Assembly (NCBI GenBank): GCA_964057225.1 | Contig: CAXKVF010000085.1 | Coordinates: 1-64,000, forward strand | DNA from: Auanema rhodensis | Taxonomy: Eukaryota > Animalia > Nematoda | Reading direction: 5' to 3' | DNA: 64,000 nt | In this document: piece by piece, positions 1 through 12,100 of the stretch | Layout: the number at the start of each line of letters is the position of its first letter | Numbering within the stretch: the first letter of the stretch is position 1 | Translations under genes and position numbers: made by a program | Notes under the pieces: model-generated | Databases searched by the model: none | Told to the model about the DNA's origin: nothing | Seen by the model: the letters and a program-made list of their open reading frames with translations, nothing else

Positions 1-72
1 TTTGAAATTTACGTGAACTTTAATTTATGCTAATTAAATGTACACGTGATGTGCACTTGGTATGTAACTCGC

Positions 73-82
73 TTCACGTGAA
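73..82. other. 10-bp perfect palindrome ttcacgtgaa with an E-box/G-box core (CACGTG); second CACGTG at 43-48, once per monomer
   Basis: Read directly from the sequence. Protein binding is not demonstrated. Confidence 0.85.
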
Positions 83-160
83 AGATAAAGAGATGCGGTT
101 TTCAAAATTAGATTCCCCATGTCCATATTAGTCTAAAAACAAATTTTTATTGATATTGGT

Positions 161-175
161 TCATGGTAACCATGA
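161..175. other. 15-bp interrupted palindrome tcatggt-a-accatga (contains BstEII site GGTNACC), once per full monomer
   Basis: tcatggt is the reverse complement of accatga. Shortened to 13 bp in G161 monomers. Confidence 0.9.
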
Positions 176-3100
176 CTTTGAAATTTACGTGAACTTTAAT
201 TTATGCTAATTAAATGTACACGTGATGTGCACTTGGTATGTAACTCGCTTCACGTGAAAGATAAAGAGATGCGGTTTTCAAAATTAGATTCCCCATGTCC
301 ATATTAGTCTAAAAACAAATTTTTATTGATATTGCGTTCATGGTAACCATGACTTTGAAATTTACGTGAACTTTAATTTATGCTAATTAAATGTACACGT
401 GATGTGCACTTGGTATGTAACTCGCTTCACGTGAAAGATAAAGAGATGCGGTTTTCAAAATTAGATTCCCCATGTCCATATTAGTCTAAAAACAAATTTT
501 TATTGATATTGGTTCATGGTAACCATGACTTTGAAATTTACGTGAACTTTAATTTATGCTAATTAAATGTACACGTGATGTGCACTTGGTATGTAACTCG
601 CTTCACGTGAAAGATAAAGAGATGCGGTTTTCAAAATTAGATTCCCCATGTCCATATTAGTCTAAAAACAAATTTTTATTGATATTGGTTCATGGTAACC
701 ATGACTTTGAAATTTACGTGAACTTTAATTTATGCTAATTAAATGTACACGTGATGTGCACTTGGTATGTAACTCGCTTCACGTGAAAGATAAAGAGATG
801 CGGTTTTCAAAATTAGATTCCCCATGTCCATATTAGTCTAAAAAAAATTTTTATTGATATTGGTTCATGGTAACCATGACTTTGAAATTTACGTGAACTT
901 TAATTTTATGCTAATTAAATGTACACGTGATGTGCACTTGGTATGTAACTCGCTTCACGTGAAAGATAAAGAGATGCGGTTTTCAAAATTAGATTCCCCA
1001 TGTCCATATTAGTCTAAAACAAATTTTATTGATATTGGTGCATGGTAACCATGACTTTGAAATTTACGTGAACTTTAATTTATGCTAATTAAATGTACAC
1101 GTGATGTGCACTTGGTATGTAACTCGCTTCACGTGAAAGATAAAGAGATGCGGTTTTCAAAATTAGATTCCCCATGTCCATATTAGTCTAAAAACAAATT
1201 TTTATTGATATTGGTTCATGGTAACCATGACTTTGAAATTTACGTGAACTTTAATTTATGCTAATTAAATGTACACGTGATGTGCACTTGGTATGTACTC
1301 GCTTCACGTGAAAGATAAAGAGATGCGGTTTTCAAAATTAGATTCCCCATGTCCATATTAGTCTAAAAACAAATTTTTATTGATATTGGTTCATGGTAAC
1401 CATGACTTTGAAATTTACGTGAACTTTAATTTATGCTAATTAAATGTACACGTGATGTGCACTTGGTATGTAACTCGCTTCACGTGAAAGATAAAGAGAT
1501 GCGGTTTTCAAAATTAGATTCCCCATGTCCATATTAGTCTAAAAACAAATTTTTATTGATATTGGTTCATGGTAACCATGACTTTGAAATTTACGTGAAC
1601 TTTAATTTATGCTAATTAAATGTACACGTGATGTGCACTTGGTATGTAACTCGCTTCACGTGAAAGATAAAGAGATGCGGTTTTCAAAATTAGATCCCCC
1701 ATGTCCATATTAGTCTAAAAACAAATTTTTATTGATATTGGTGCATGGTAACCATGACTTTGAAATTTACGTGAACTTTAATTTATGCTAATTAAATGTA
1801 CACGTGATGTGCACTTGGTATGTAACTCGCTTCACGTGAAAGATAAAGAGATGCGGTACTCAAAATTAGATTCCTCATGTCCATATTAGTCTAAAAACAA
1901 ATTTTTATTGATATTGGTTCATGGTAACCATGACTTTGAAATTTACGTGAACTTTAATTTATGCTAATTAAATGTACACGTGATGTGCACTTGGTATGTA
2001 ACTCGCTTCACGTGAAAGATAAAGAGATGCGGTTTTCAAAATTAGATTCCCCATGTCCATATTAGTCTAAAAACAAATTTTTATTGATATTGGTTCATGG
2101 TAACCATGACTTTGAAATTTACGTGAACTTTAATTTATGCTAATTAAATGTACACGTGATGTGCACTTGGTATGTAACTCGCTTCACGTGAAAGATAAAG
2201 AGATGCGGTTTTCAAAATTAGATTCCCCATGTCCATATTAGTCTAAAAACAAATTTTTATTGATATTGGTTCATGGTAACCATGACTTTGAAATTTACGT
2301 GAACTTTAATTTATGCTAATTAAATGTACACGTGATGTGCACTTGGTATGTAACTCGCTTCACGTGAAAGATAAAGAGATGCGGTTTTCAAAATTAGATC
2401 CCCCATGTCCATATTAGTCTAAAACAAATTTTTATTGATATTGGTGCATGGTAACCATGACTTTGAAATTTACGTGAACTTTAATTTATGCTAATTAAAT
2501 GTACACGTGATGTGCACTTGGTATGTAACTCGCTTCACGTGAAAGATAAAGAGATGCGGTTTTCAAAATTAGATTCCCCATGTCCATATTAGTCTAAAAA
2601 CAAATTTTTATTATATTGCTTCATGGTAACCATGACTTTGAAATTTACGTGAACTTTAATTTATGCTAATTAAATGTACACGTGATGTGCACTTGGTATG
2701 TAACTCGCTTCACGTGAAAGATAAAGAGATGCGGTTTTCAAAATTAGATTCCCCATGTCCATATTAGTCTAAAAACAAATTTTTATTGATATTGGTTCAT
2801 GGTAACCATGACTTTGAAATTTACGTGAACTTTAATTTATGCTAATTAAATGTACACGTGATGTGCACTTGGTATGTAACTCGCTTCACGTGAAAGATAA
2901 AGAGATGCGGTTTTCAAAATTAGATTCCCCATGTCCATATTAGTCTAAAAACAAATTTTTATTGATATTGGTTCATGGTAACCATGACTTTGAAATTTAC
3001 GTGAACTTTAATTTATGCTAATTAAATGTACACGTGATGTGCACTTGGTATGTAACTCGCTTCACGTGAAAGATAAAGAGATGCGGTTTTCAAAATTAGA

Positions 3101-6100
3101 TTTCCCATGTCCATATTAGTCTAAAAACAAATTTTTATTGATATTGGTGCATGGTAACCATGACTTTGAAATTTACGTGAACTTTAATTTATGCTAATTA
3201 AATGTACACGTGATGTGCACTTGGTATGTAACTCGCTTCACGTGAAAGATAAAGAGATGCGGTACTCAAAATTAGATTCCTCATGTCCATATTAGTCTAA
3301 AAACAAATTTTTATTGATATTGGTTCATGGTAACCATGACTTTGAAATTTACGTGAACTTTAATTTATGCTAATTAAATGTACACGTGATGTGCACTTGG
3401 TATGTAACTCGCTTCACGTGAAAGATAAAGAGATGCGGTTTTCAAAATTAGATTCCCCATGTCCATATTAGTCTAAAAACAAATTTTTAATGATATTGGT
3501 TCATGGTAACCATGACTTTGAAATTTACGTGAACTTTAATTTATGCTAATTAAATGTACACGTGATGTGCACTTGGTATGTAACTCGCTTCACGTGAAAG
3601 ATAAAGAGATGCGGTTTTCAAAATTAGATTCCCCATGTCCATATTAGTCTAAAACAAATTTTTATTGATATTGGTTCATGGTAACCATGACTTTGAAATT
3701 TACGTGAACTTTAATTTATGCTAATTAAATGTACACGTGATGTGCACTTGGTATGTAACTCGCTTCACGTGAAAGATAAAGAGATGCGGTTTTAAAATTA
3801 GATTCCCCATGTCCATATTAGTCTAAAAAAAATTTTTATTGATATTGGTTCATGGTAACCATGACTTTGAAATTTACGTGAACTTTAATTTATGCTAATT
3901 AAATGTACACGTGATGTGCACTTGGTATGTAACTCGCTTCACGTGAAAGATAAAGAGATGCGGTTTTCAAATTAGATTCCCCATGTCCATATTAGTCTGA
4001 AAACAAATTTTTATTGATATTGGTGCATGGTAACCATGACTTTGAAATTTACGTGAACTTTAATTTATGCTAATTAAATGTACACGTGATGTGCACCTTG
4101 GTATGTAACTCGCTTCACGTGAAAGATAAAGAGATGCGGTTTTCAAAATTAGATTTCCCATGTCCATATTAGTCTAAAAACAAATTTTTATTGATATTGG
4201 TTCATGGTAACCATGACTTTGAAATTTACGTGAACTTTAATTTATGCTAATTAAATGTACACGTGATGTGCACTTGGTATGTAACTCGCTTCACGTGAAA
4301 GATAAAGAGATGCGGTTTTCAAAATTAGATTCCCATGTCCATATTAGTCTAAAAACAAATTTTATTGATATTGGTTCATGGTAACCATGACTTTGAAATT
4401 TACGTGAACTTTAATTTATGCTAATTAAATGTACACGTGATGTGCACTTGGTATGTAACTCGCTTCACGTGAAAGATAAAGAGATGCGGTTTTCAAAATT
4501 AGATTTCTCATGTCCATATTAGTCTAAAAAACAAATTTTTATTGATATTGGTTCATGGTAACCATGACTTTGAAATTTACGTGAACTTTAATTTATGCTA
4601 ATTAAATGTACACGTGATGTGCACTTGGTATGTAACTCGCTTCACGTGAAAGATAAAGAGATGCGGTTTTCAAAATTAGATTCCCCATGTCCATATTAGT
4701 CTAAAAACAAATTTTTATTGATATTGGTTCATGGTAACCATGACTTTGAAATTTACGTGAACTTTAATTTATGCTAATTAAATGTACACGTGATGTGCAC
4801 TTGGTATGTAACTCGCTTCACGTGAAAGATAAAGAGATGCGGTTTTCAAAATTAGATTCCCCATGTCCATATTAGTCTAAAAACAAATTTTTATTGATAT
4901 TGGTTCATGGTAACCATGACTTTGAAATTTACGTGAACTTTAATTTATGCTAATTAAATGTACACGTGATGTGCACTTGCTATGTAACTCGCTTCACGTG
5001 AAAGATAAAGAGATGCGGTTTTCAAAATTAGATTCCCCATGTCCATATTAGTCTAAAAACAAATTTTTATTGATATTGGTTCATGGTAACCATGACTTTG
5101 AAATTTACGTGAACTTTAATTTATGCTAATTAAATGTACACGTGATGTGCACTTGGTATGTAACTCGCTTCACGTGAAAGATAAAGAGATGCGGTTTTCA
5201 AAATTAGATCCCCCATGTCCATATTAGTCTAAAAACAAATTTTTATTGATATTGGTGCATGGTAACCATGACTTTGAAATTTACGTGAACTTTAATTTAT
5301 GCTAATTAAATGTACACGTGATGTGCACTTGGTATGTAACTCGCTTCACGTGAAAGATAAAGAGATGCGGTTTTCAAAATTAGATTTCCCATGTCCATAT
5401 TAGTCTAAAAAAATTTTTATTGATATTGGTTCATGGTAACCATGACTTTGAAATTTACGTGAACTTTAATTTATGCTAATTAAATGTACACGTGATGTGC
5501 ACTTGGTATGTAACTCGCTTCACGTGAAAGATAAAGAGATGCGGTTTTCAAAATTAGATTCCCCATGTCCATATTAGTCTAAAACAAATTTTTATTAATA
5601 TTGCTTCATGGTAACCATGACTTTGAAATTTACGTGAACTTTAATTTATGCTAATTAAATGTACACGTGATGTGCACTTGGTATGTAACTCGCTTCACGT
5701 GAAAGATAAAGAGATGCGGTTTTCAAAATTAGATTTCCCATGTCCATATTAGTCTAAAAACAAATTTTTATTGATATTGGTTCATGGTAACCATGACTTT
5801 GAAATTTACGTGAACTTTAATTTATGCTAATTAAATGTACACGTGATGTGCACTTGGTATGTAACTCGCTTCACGTGAAAGATAAAGAGATGCGGTTTTC
5901 AAAATTAGATTCCCCATGTCCATATTAGTCTAAAACAAATTTTTATTGATATTGCTTCATGGTAACCATGACTTTGAAATTTACGTGAACTTTAATTTAT
6001 GCTAATTAAATGTACACGTGATGTGCACTTGGTATGTAACTCGCTTCACGTGAAAGATAAAGAGATGCGGTTTTCAAAATTAGATTTCCCATGTCCATAT

Positions 6101-9100
6101 TAGTCTAAAAACAAATTTTTATTGATATTGGTTCATGGTAACCATGACTTTGAAATTTACGTGAACTTTAATTTATGCTAATTAAATGTACACGTGATGT
6201 GCACTTGGTATGTAACTCGCTTCACGTGAAAGATAAAGAGATGCGGTTTTCAAAATTAGATTCCCCATGTCCATATTAGTCTAAAAACAAATTTTTATTG
6301 ATATTGGTTCATGGTAACCATGACTTTGAAATTTACGTGAACTTTAATTTATGCTAATTAAATGTACACGTGATGTGCACTTGGTATGTAACTCGCTTCA
6401 CGTGAAAGATAAAGAGATGCGGTTTTCAAAATTAGATTCCCCATGTCCATATTAGTCTAAAAGAAATTTTTATTGATATTGCTTCATGGTAACCATGACT
6501 TTGAAATTTACGTGAACTTTAATTTATGCTAATTAAATGTACACGTGATGTGCACTTGGTATGTAACTCGCTTCACGTGAAAGATAAAGAGATGCGGTTT
6601 TCAAAATTAGATTCCCCATGTCCATATTAGTCTAAAAACAAATTTTTATTGATATTGGTTCATGGTAACCATGACTTTGAAATTTACGTGAACTTTAATT
6701 TATGCTAATTAAATGTACACGTGATGTGCACTTGGTATGTAACTCGCTTCACGTGAAAGATAAAGAGATGCGGTTTTCAAAATTAGATTCCCCATGTCCA
6801 TATTAGTCTAAAAACAAATTTTTATTAATATTGCTTCATGGTAACCATGACTTTGAAATTTACGTGAACTTTAATTTATGCTAATTAAATGTACACGTGA
6901 TGTGCACTTGGTATGTAACTCGCTTCACGTGAAAGATAAAGAGATGCGGTTTTCAAAATTAGATTCCCCATGTCCATATTAGTCTAAAAACAAATTTTTA
7001 TTGATATTGGTTCATGGTAACCATGACTTTGAAATTTACGTGAACTTTAATTTATGCTAATTAAATGTACACGTGATGTGCACTTGGTATGTAACTCGCT
7101 TCACGTGAAAGATAAAGAGATGCGGTTTTCAAAATTAGATTCCCCATGTCCATATTAGTCTAAAAACAAATTTTTATTGATATTGGTTCATGGTAACCAT
7201 GACTTTGAAATTTACGTGAACTTTAATTTATGCTAATTAAATGTACACGTGATGTGCACTTGGTATGTAACTCGCTTCACGTGAAAGATAAAGAGATGCG
7301 GTTTTCAAAATTAGATCCCCCATGTCCATATTAGTCTAAAAACAAATTTTTATTGATATTGGTGCATGGTAACCATGACTTTGAAATTTACGTGAACTTT
7401 AATTTATGCTAATTAAATGTACACGTGATGTGCACTTGGTGTGTAACTCGCTTCACGTGGAAGATAAAGAGATGCGGTTTTCAAATTAGATTCCCCATGT
7501 CCATATTAGTCTAAAACAAATTTTTATTAATATTGCTTCATGGTAACCATGACTTTGAAATTTACGTGAACTTTAATTTATGCTAATTAAATGTACACGT
7601 GATGTGCACTTGGTATGTAACTCGCTTCACGTCAAAGATAAAGAGATGCGGTTTTCAAAATTAGATTTCCCATGTCCATATTAGTCTAAAAACAAATTTT
7701 TATTGATATTGGTTCATGGTAACCATGACTTTGAAATTTACGTGAACTTTAATTTATGCTAATTAAATGTACACGTGATGTGCACTTGGTATGTAACTCG
7801 CTTCACGTGAAAGATAAAGAGATGCGGTTTTCAAAATTAGATTCCCCATGTCCATATTAGTCTAAAAGAAATTTTTATTGATATTGCTTCATGGTAACCA
7901 TGACTTTGAAATTTACGTGAACTTTAATTTATGCTAATTAAATGTACACGTGATGTGCACTTGGTATGTAACTCGCTTCACGTGAAAGATAAAGAGATGC
8001 GGTTTTCAAATTAGATTCCCCATGTCCATATTAGTCTAAAAACAAATTTTTATTGATATTGGTTCATGGTAACCATGACTTTGAAATTTACGTGAACTTT
8101 AATTTATGCTAATTAAATGTACACGTGATGTGCACTTGGTATGTAACTCGCTTCACGTGAAAGATAAAGAGATGCGGTTTTCAAAATTAGATTCCCCATG
8201 TCCATATTAGTCTAAAAACAAATTTTTATTGATATTGCTTCATGGTAACCATGACTTTGAAATTTACGTGAACTTTAATTTATGCTAATTAAATGTACAC
8301 GTGATGTGCACTTGGTATGTAACTCGTTTCACGTGAAAGATAAAGAGATGCGGTTTTCAAAATTAGATTCCCCATGTCCATATTAGTCTAAAAACAAATT
8401 TTTATTGATATTGGTTCATGGTAACCATGACTTTGAAATTTACGTGAACTTTAATTTATGCTAATTAAATGTACACGTGATGTGCACTTGGTATGTAACT
8501 CGCTTCACGTGAAAGATAAAGAGATGCGGTTTCAAAATTAGATTCCCCATGTCCATATTAGTCTAAAAACAAATTTTTATTGATATTGGTTCATGGTAAC
8601 CATGACTTTGAAATTTACGTGAACTTTAATTTATGCTAATTAAATGTACACGTGATGTGCACTTGGTATGTAACTCGCTTCACGTGAAAGATAAAGAGAT
8701 GCGGTTTTAAAATTAGATTCCCCATGTCCATATTAGTCTAAAAAAAATTTTTATTGATATTGGTTCATGGTAACCATGACTTTGAAATTTACGTGAACTT
8801 TAATTTATGCTAATTAAATGTACACGTGATGTGCACTTGGTATGTAACTCGCTTCACGTGAAAGATAAAGAGATGCGGTTTTCAAAATTAGATTCCCCAT
8901 GTCCATATTAGTCTAAAAACAAATTTTTATTGATATTGGTGCATGGTAACCATGACTTTGAAATTTACGTGAACTTTAATTTATGCTAATTAAATGTACA
9001 CGTGATGTGCACTTGGTATGTAACTCGCTTCACGTGAAAGATAAAGAGATGCGGTTTTCAAAATTAGATTTCCCATGTCCATATTAGTCTAAAAACAAAT

Positions 9101-12100
9101 TTTTATTGATATTGGTTCATGGTAACCATGACTTTGAAATTTACGTGAACTTTAATTTATGCTAATTAAATGTACACGTGATGTGCACTTGGTATGTAAC
9201 TCGCTTCACGTGAAAGATAAAGAGATGCGGTTTTCAAAATTAGATTCCCCATGTCCATATTAGTCTAAAAACAAATTTTTATTGATATTGGTTCATGGTA
9301 ACCATGACTTTGAAATTTACGTGAACTTTAATTTATGCTAATTAAATGTACACGTGATGTGCACTTGGTATGTAACTCGCTTCACGTGAAAGATAAAGAG
9401 ATGCGGTTTTCAAAATTAGATTCCCCATGTCCATATTAGTCTAAAAACAAATTTTTATTGATATTGGTTCATGGTAACCATGACTTTGAAATTTACGTGA
9501 ACTTTAATTTATGCTAATTAAATGTACACGTGATGTGCACTTGGTATGTAACTCGCTTCACGTGAAAGATAAAGAGATGCGGTTTTCAAAATTAGATTCC
9601 CCATGTCCATATTAGTCTAAAAACAAATTTTTATTGATATTGGTTCATGGTAACCATGACTTTGAAATTTACGTGAACTTTAATTTATGCTAATTAAATG
9701 TACACGTGATGTGCACTTGGTATGTAACTCGCTTCACGTGAAAGATAAAGAGATGCGGTTTTCAAATTAGATTCCCCATGTCCATATTAGTCTAAAAACA
9801 AATTTTTATTGATATTGGTTCATGGTAACCATGACTTTGAAATTTACGTGAACTTTAATTTATGCTAATTAAATGTACACGTGATGTGCACTTGGTATGT
9901 AACTCGCTTCACGTGAAAGATAAAGAGATGCGGTTTTCAAAATTAGATTCCCCATGTCCATATTAGTCTAAAAACAAATTTTTATTGATATTGGTTCATG
10001 GTAACCATGACTTTGAAATTTACGTGAACTTTAATTTATGCTAATTAAATGTACACGTGATGTGCACTTGGTATGTAACTCGCTTCACGTGAAAGATAAA
10101 GAGATGCGGTTTTCAAAATTAGATTCCCCATGTCCATATTAGTCTAAAAACAAATTTTTATTGATATTGGTTCATGGTAACCATGACTTTGAAATTTACG
10201 TGAACTTTAATTTATGCTAATTAAATGTACACGTGATGTGCACTTGGTATGTAACTCGCTTCACGTGAAAGATAAAGAGATGCGGTTTTCAAAATTAGAT
10301 TCCCATGTCCATATTAGTCTAAAAACAAATTTTTATTGATATTGGTTCATGGTAACCATGACTTTGAAATTTACGTGAACTTTAATTTATGCTAATTAAA
10401 TGTACACGTGATGTGCACTTGGTATGTAACTCGCTTCACGTGAAAGATAAAGAGATGCGGTTTTCAAAATTAGATTCCCCATGTCCATATTAGTCTAAAA
10501 ACAAATTTTTATTGATATTGGTTCATGGTAACCATGACTTTGAAATTTACGTGAACTTTAATTTATGCTAATTAAATGTACACGTGATGTGCACTTGGTA
10601 TGTAACTCGCTTCACGTGAAAGATAAAGAGATGCGGTTTTCAAAATTAGATTCCCCATGTCCATATTAGTCTAAAAACAAATTTTTATTGATATTGGTTC
10701 ATGGTAACCATGACTTTGAAATTTACGTGAACTTTAATTTATGCTAATTAAATGTACACGTGATGTGCACTTGGTATGTAACTCGCTTCACGTGAAAGAT
10801 AAAGAGATGCGGTTTTCAAAATTAGATTCCCCATGTCCATATTAGTCTAAAAACAAATTTTTATTGATATTGGTTCATGGTAACCATGACTTTGAAATTT
10901 ACGTGAACTTTAATTTATGCTAATTAAATGTACACGTGATGTGCACTTGGTATGTAACTCGCTTCACGTGAAAGATAAAGAGATGCGGTTTTCAAAATTA
11001 GATTCCCCATGTCCATATTAGTCTAAAAACAAATTTTTATTGATATTGGTTCATGGTAACCATGACTTTGAAATTTACGTGAACTTTAATTTATGCTAAT
11101 TAAATGTACACGTGATGTGCACTTGGTATGTAACTCGCTTCACGTGAAAGATAAAGAGATGCGGTTTTCAAAATTAGATTCCCCATGTCCATATTAGTCT
11201 AAAAACAAATTTTTATTGATATTGGTTCATGGTAACCATGACTTTGAAATTTACGTGAACTTTAATTTATGCTAATTAAATGTACACGTGATGTGCACTT
11301 GGTATGTAACTCGCTTCACGTGAAAGATAAAGAGATGCGGTTTTCAAAATTAGATTCCCCATGTCCATATTAGTCTAAAACAAATTTTTATTGATATTGC
11401 TTCATGGTAACCATGACTTTGAAATTTACGTGAACTTTAATTTATGCTAATTAAATGTACACGTGATGTGCACTTGGTATGTAACTCGCTTCACGTGAAA
11501 GATAAAGAGATGCGGTTTTCAAAATTAGATTCCCCATGTCCATATTAGTCTAAAAACAAATTTTTATTGATATTGGTTCATGGTAACCATGACTTTGAAA
11601 TTTACGTGAACTTTAATTTATGCTAATTAAATGTACACGTGATGTGCACTTGGTATGTAACTCGCTTCACGTGAAAGATAAAGAGATGCGGTTTTCAAAA
11701 TTAGATTCCCCATGTCCATATTAGTCTAAAAACAAATTTTTATTGATATTGCTTCATGGTAACCATGACTTTGAAATTTACGTGAACTTTAATTTATGCT
11801 AATTAAATGTACACGTGATGTGCACTTGGTATGTAACTCGCTTCACGTGAAAGATAAAGAGATGCGGTTTTCAAAATTAGATTCCCCATGTCCATATTAG
11901 TCTAAAAACAAATTTTTATTGATATTGGTTCATGGTAACCATGACTTTGAAATTTACGTGAACTTTAATTTATGCTAATTAAATGTACACGTGATGTGCA
12001 CTTGGTATGTAACTCGCTTCACGTGAAAGATAAAGAGATGCGGTTTTCAAAATTAGATTCCCATGTCCATATTAGTCTAAAAACAAATTTTTATTGATAT

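Larger units (their letters stand above)
1..176 (+). repeat. Representative 176-bp consensus monomer
   Basis: First complete unit, identical to the majority unit in the left half of the window. In the right half the majority unit has G at monomer position 161. Confidence 0.97.

Noticed and set aside
60-100. Canonical CENP-B box or exact yeast CDEI
   Set aside because: No TTCG-N4-A-N2-CGGG on either strand. ttcacgtg misses the leading purine of RTCACRTG, and there is no CDEII/CDEIII arrangement.
1-176. 5S rDNA, tRNA, snRNA or spliced-leader tandem gene array
   Set aside because: I recognised no 5S, tRNA cloverleaf, Pol III A/B box or Sm-site context, and the unit is AT-rich throughout. An Rfam/Infernal scan would settle it.
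1-176. Identity with known ~176-bp satellites (Brassica CentBr, Arabidopsis CEN178, honeybee AluI repeat, alpha satellite)
   Set aside because: Only the length is similar. The monomer lacks HindIII and AluI (AGCT) sites and I recall no sequence match. No assignment can be made without a database search.
1-176. Monomer as an ancient dimer of ~88-bp halves
   Set aside because: tttgaaattta (1-11) resembles tttcaaaatta (100-110), but the offset is 99 and the similarity does not extend convincingly in AT-rich sequence.
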